A DNA stretch of 63,819 nucleotides, counting the filler, from Hyphochytrium catenoides (Eukaryota > Protista > Hyphochytriomycota): the NCBI GenBank assembly GCA_900088475.1. It is 12 parts of 12 records of this genome, joined end to end, with 100 filler letters (N's around TTAATTAATTAA, not from the genome) between each part and the next. Parts side by side here need not be neighbours in the genome. Positions count along the whole stretch, not along the records: positions 58,416 to 63,819 come from FLMG01001053.1; 11 more parts are not named here. One strand, 5' to 3'. The stretch's first letter is position 1. Each line of letters opens with the position of its first letter. The notes under the pieces are model-generated. The model made no database searches and was not told the DNA's origin. It saw only the letters and a list, made by a program, of their open reading frames with translations. The translations under genes and the position numbers were made by a program. Positions 59,701 through 63,819 of the stretch are shown in pieces.

Positions 59701-61139
59701 AAGAAGCACTTCACCACATCAGAAATGATTTGTGCAGAGGACGGAGTTCGTTGAGAATAATGAGAGTAGAACAGGAGCTAGCGGGGAAGTAGGAGTAAGG
59801 GACCACTGAAGTCCATCAATGGTTTAGAGCCAGTGAACTCCCTCTAGTAGTAGAGACGACGACCTTCTTTGGCACGTGTTTGGTCTTGATCTGAAACATA
59901 AAAGGTTTGCAGGTGAGTGCATTGTCAATCTCCGTCCGGATGACCCCAAGGACATGGAAGAAGACATTACCTAAAAAGGATGTTGAGGAGAATTGACAGT
60001 AGCAGATATGGCAAGTAGGGTAGCGCAAGGAGAACATAAGCTGGGAGGCACAGTGATGAACAGAGTAGATATGGTGCTTAGTAGAGAACCTAAGAACTAA
60101 TTCAGTCAATTGAGAAGTTCCAGAACAAGACTAAGAACTCACGCAATCATTCCTCAAAGGACTTAGCGCCGCTCGCCAGCAGGCACCCGAGGCGTTTAAT
60201 TAACGACCAAGGCGAAATGTTAAAGGCTAATGCTGAGATGCATGTACGACAGGAACGAAAGAGTCCTGCGGATGGAAATAACACAGGCGGTAATTTTCAA
60301 ATTAGGAAAGATAGTGGGCAGGCAGTTGCCGGAACACAGAAAGACAGAAAGACAGATAAAGACGACGATAAAGGGAGAGGAAGAGCATCCAGATTGGTAG
60401 GATTAGGGTCCTGTGCATGCAGATGTCTGACACTTGTCGTTCACTGCTTTTCATGCCAAGCCTCTGGACTGCGTTCTCCATGCTATTATCTTTCGCAGGA
60501 AAAGGATGGAGTCGAACATAAAAGAATCAGTGGAAGAGAACAAGGTATGATGTGGATCTGTGCCGGAAGCCGCAGTCTGGTGGCCTTGTGTTCTGACAAG
60601 AGCTGCAAAGGGAGAACGTCTTTCTCTAGCGTCTTCGGACAGAGCCATAGCATCAGAGGGAGGTGAGGGACGAGAGGAAAAGCAGGAACATAGACAGCTT
60701 AGGCAGGAATCCTGCCAGCAGTTAATCGGGAAGGCGGATAGGGATCTCTCTTTCCCAGAGGACTTCGGGCACCGGAGGTCGAACTGGGACCCAGTCTACC
60801 ATCTGCGATATCTTCAGTTGCTTTTGGATTGAACCCCACCATCTCACCCTCCTCTGCAATGGAAGAATAAGCGTAAAGAATGACAACAATAGCCAAAAGA
60901 GCAAGGGAGAAGATAAGAAATGAGAGAGACATCAAGAGAAAGGGAGAACCAGTGCATTGATGCAGGACCCAGAGTGAGAAAAAAACGAAGAGAAAATATA
61001 AAAGGATAAATATGTGCTAGGGTTAGGACCAGCCAAAGGAAAAGAGCCACAGAAGAGCTGTGAGGGGGGAAGAAGAAAAGGGAGAAGGGAGAACATAGAA
61101 GCTCTTCTCGCCTATGAAGACAAGGCCGTGTAGTGTTTC

Positions 61140-62050
61140 TCTTCTGTCGTCAAACTGCTTAAGAGATACGAGCTCTTGTTATTTCATGTCTTGCTGATGA
61201 TGCAGATTCTTCTCTTCTAAGGATACCAATCAGAAGACNNNNNNNNNNNNNNNNNNNNNNNNNNNNNNNNNNNNNNNNNNNNNNNNNNNNNNNNNCTCTA
61301 TGTCTCTCTCTATGTCTCTCTCTATGTCTCTCTCTGTTTCTCCTCTGTTTCTCTATTGTTCTGGCTTTATCAGGTGCGTCCTCTGTGATGTCTTTCTCTC
61401 TTGTCTCTCTATCATCCACTACATTAAGAGGTAATGCAGATGATCGCGATATTTATGCGAGGTAGACACAGGAATTGGACAAAACCAGTGGAGGAAGAGA
61501 GAGACAATGGATGATGGATACCCAAAACTCTCTCCCTCGCTTCTTTCTGTACTCCTTTATTTCTATGTCCCATTATCTGGTCTTTTCAACAGCGGCACTT
61601 CATCTGTCTTCCTTCACTTAGGTTTTTCATCCGTCGTCCCACTTCCTTGACTTTGGGCACCGCGGAGGACCCGCCAAAGAAAGCGAAGAGAGAGAATACG
61701 AGAGTAGTAGATGAGAAACAAAGAGATGCAAAGGTAGATGGAAGAACAAAAGAGATAATGATCTGCCACCTCCCCTCCCTTATCCGATCAAGCAGAGGGC
61801 AAGCTTTATTACTCTACTCACGCTTCTGCTCCCATACCTCTTTTCTTTGCCTGACGGGGAAATAGAAGTGGGATGGTAGAACTACAGGAACTAAGAGAGA
61901 ACACGAAGGAGAGAAAGAGGTAGGGAGAAAGTGAAAGCAGACAGTAAGGGTGAGAAGGGGAAGACACCTGGAGGGATAGAGACAAGAGACAGGGAGAGAT
62001 ATCAGAAAGAATTAGAGAGGGTTGATGAAAGGCATATATAGTGCATTGAA
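61140..62050 (-). repeat. Subtelomeric element, right copy
   Basis: Reverse complement is colinear with 2220-3230 and has the same polarity relative to its telomere. Confidence 0.7.
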
Positions 62051-63324
62051 GGGAAGTGTTTTCCATGTTAAAGCAAGCACACAAGCTACTCAAGATCCAT
62101 AAAAAGAAAGTGAGCGACATTATCTAGGTCTTAACTTCGGGTGGCCGGGTTATGAGGGTGAAGTGATCCAAAGGACGTTCTCTTTTTGAAGACTATAGTC
62201 TCAAAGTTCTTACTAGCCAGCACAGGCCGTTTTAGAGAAGCAGATTATAAGGAAGAAGAGAGGTAAAGAACTATATTCTATCATCGAGGATAGGAGAGAG
62301 ACAGAAGAGTCAAGTGGATAGAAATAGTGACCCTTAGCACCATCTATTTGGACGAAGAATATACCCATCTGAAGAGCGTAGGAGGTTTAGAGGTAGAGGA
62401 TAATGCAAGGATTAAAGTAGAGATGTGGAAAAAGTATGAACGATAAAGACCATGCAAGCACTGGGTTACAAAAGAGTTGGAAGAAGCAGGCTTAAGAGCA
62501 ACGATTGAAAAAGAAACCGGCACAGGATGGGAATACGAGAAGCCCCCAGAAAGGATCAAGATAAAAGAGGCAGAAAATACTGGACAGAACTTCATAAGAG
62601 TTTGATGCCGAAGAGATACTTCTTGATCAACAAGGTAGGTGGATATATTGGCAGGATCAAGCAAAGGCCAGATGTTGTATGGCCTGGAAAAAGCACACCG
62701 AGAGACTTGTAGCTTTGGTTGCAAAGAGGGAACAAATTAGAGAAATTACTACACAAAGATAAAAGAAGAGGGTACGCAGGGAATTTCATAAACGAGAGGA
62801 AAGGGCAAGCATAAGGACAGGCATTGATAGGGGCATTTAAGAGGAAGTGAGTTAATCTAAGAGGCAAAAGGGCATAGGGAGTTTTGATAGAATACAAGTA
62901 AGAGAGAGGAAACGTAAAACAGAGGGAGGGGATGCAGATTAGTTGATTCGAGAGAGAGCAGTTAGTAATCGAGAAAGCAATAAAACTAAACTTGATAATG
63001 GTGAATTAAATGTTAGAAGAGATGTTGGGTAGGGCAGCTAGTTAGGAAAAAGGCAGCCGGCGAGGGGCAGCGGGGAAAGAAAAGGAGCAGCAGGGTAGTG
63101 GAAAGGGAGTGGGAAAGGGAATGCTTTAGTGAGCGAGTTCGAGAGAGGGTAAGTGAATGGGTTGATGGGAGGCTCAAGGCAGCAGCAGATGATGAAAAGG
63201 ACACCGCGAAAAGATAAAGAGCAGCGGGTAATAAAGGGCAGCAGGCTGGGGAGCGAGATAGGCTACGGTAAAGTGAGCCGGTTTTTGAGTGGCATCGTCA
63301 GTGGCATAGTGACCGGCATAGCGA

Positions 63325-63737
63325 GGGGGTAGGGAAGGGCAGCGGTTAAGGAAGGGCAGCGGTTTAGGACAGCGGTTTAGGACAGCGGGTTAGGGCAGGG
63401 GGCAAGGGCCGGGGGCTAGGGCAGCGGGTTAGGGCTACGGTTAAGGAAGGGCAGCTTAGGGTTAGGACAGTGGTTGAGGACAGTGGGTTAGGGCAGCGGG
63501 TAAGGGCAGCGGGTTAGCGCAGCGGGTAAGGAAGCGCGGCGTTTTAGGACGTTTAAGCAGAGCGGGTTAGGGTTAGGTTTTTGGGCAGTGGTTTGTGGCA
63601 GCGGTTTAAGGTAATGCAGTAATTTAGGGCAGTGTGTTAGTGCAGCGTGTTAGCGCAGGTGTTAGTGCAACAGGTTAGTGCAGTATGCTATTGCAGCATA
63701 TTAGGGAGCGGGTTCGGCAGCATGTTAGTGCAGCAGG
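63325..63737 (+). repeat. Degenerate telomere-variant repeats (consensus TTAGGGCAGCGGG)
   Basis: Variants TTAGGGCAGCGGG, TTAGGACAGCGG and TTAGTGCAGC. Confidence 0.85.
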
Positions 63738-63819
63738 TTAGGGAGCGGGTTAGGGAGCGGGTTAGGGAGCGGGTTAGGGAGCGGGTTAGGGAGCGGATTA
63801 GGGTTAGGGTGCGGGTTAG
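63738..63819 (+). repeat. Right telomere, distal (TTAGGGAGCGGG)n
   Basis: Four perfect units (63738-63785), then TTAGGGAGCGGA, TTAGGG, TTAGGGTGCGGG and TTAG at the very end. G-rich strand is at the 3' end. Confidence 0.9.

Noticed and set aside
60217-61050. Short ORFs near the right subtelomere
   Set aside because: No domains or consistent splice model.
1-63819. Ciliate nanochromosome, nucleomorph chromosome or linear viral genome
   Set aside because: It uses the standard code at about 50% GC, has long spliceosomal introns and abundant TE relics, and lacks terminal rDNA and viral hallmark genes.

Overview
This is eukaryotic nuclear DNA, probably from a stramenopile/SAR protist (inferred from protein features only). 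It reads as a complete telomere-to-telomere linear mini-chromosome of about 64 kb. It starts with C-strand (CCCTAACCCGCT)n and ends with G-strand (TTAGGGAGCGGG)n. Both ends have an older degenerate 13-nt repeat further in, and both carry a diverged shared subtelomeric element. The sequence is a pseudomolecule: 12 pieces joined by 11 artificial N44-TTAATTAATTAA-N44 linkers, plus 3 plain N gaps, so contiguity needs long-read confirmation. Spliced or intronless genes reconstructed by eye: HEI10-like meiotic RING E3, myosin with IQ motifs and a FYVE-like tail, two paralogous multi-pass membrane proteins, a secreted CBM1-CBM1-GH5 mannanase, ALG3, a PX-domain protein, RNA Pol III RPC25 (with a GC-AG intron), and weaker RTF1-like and mitochondrial helical-repeat fragments. 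Decayed transposons include a CRE-type non-LTR element, copia, a chromodomain gypsy and a DIRS/Ngaro relic. A single roughly 29% GC island near 38.4-38.9 kb is a centromere candidate. Most short ORFs in the track are microsatellite artefacts.
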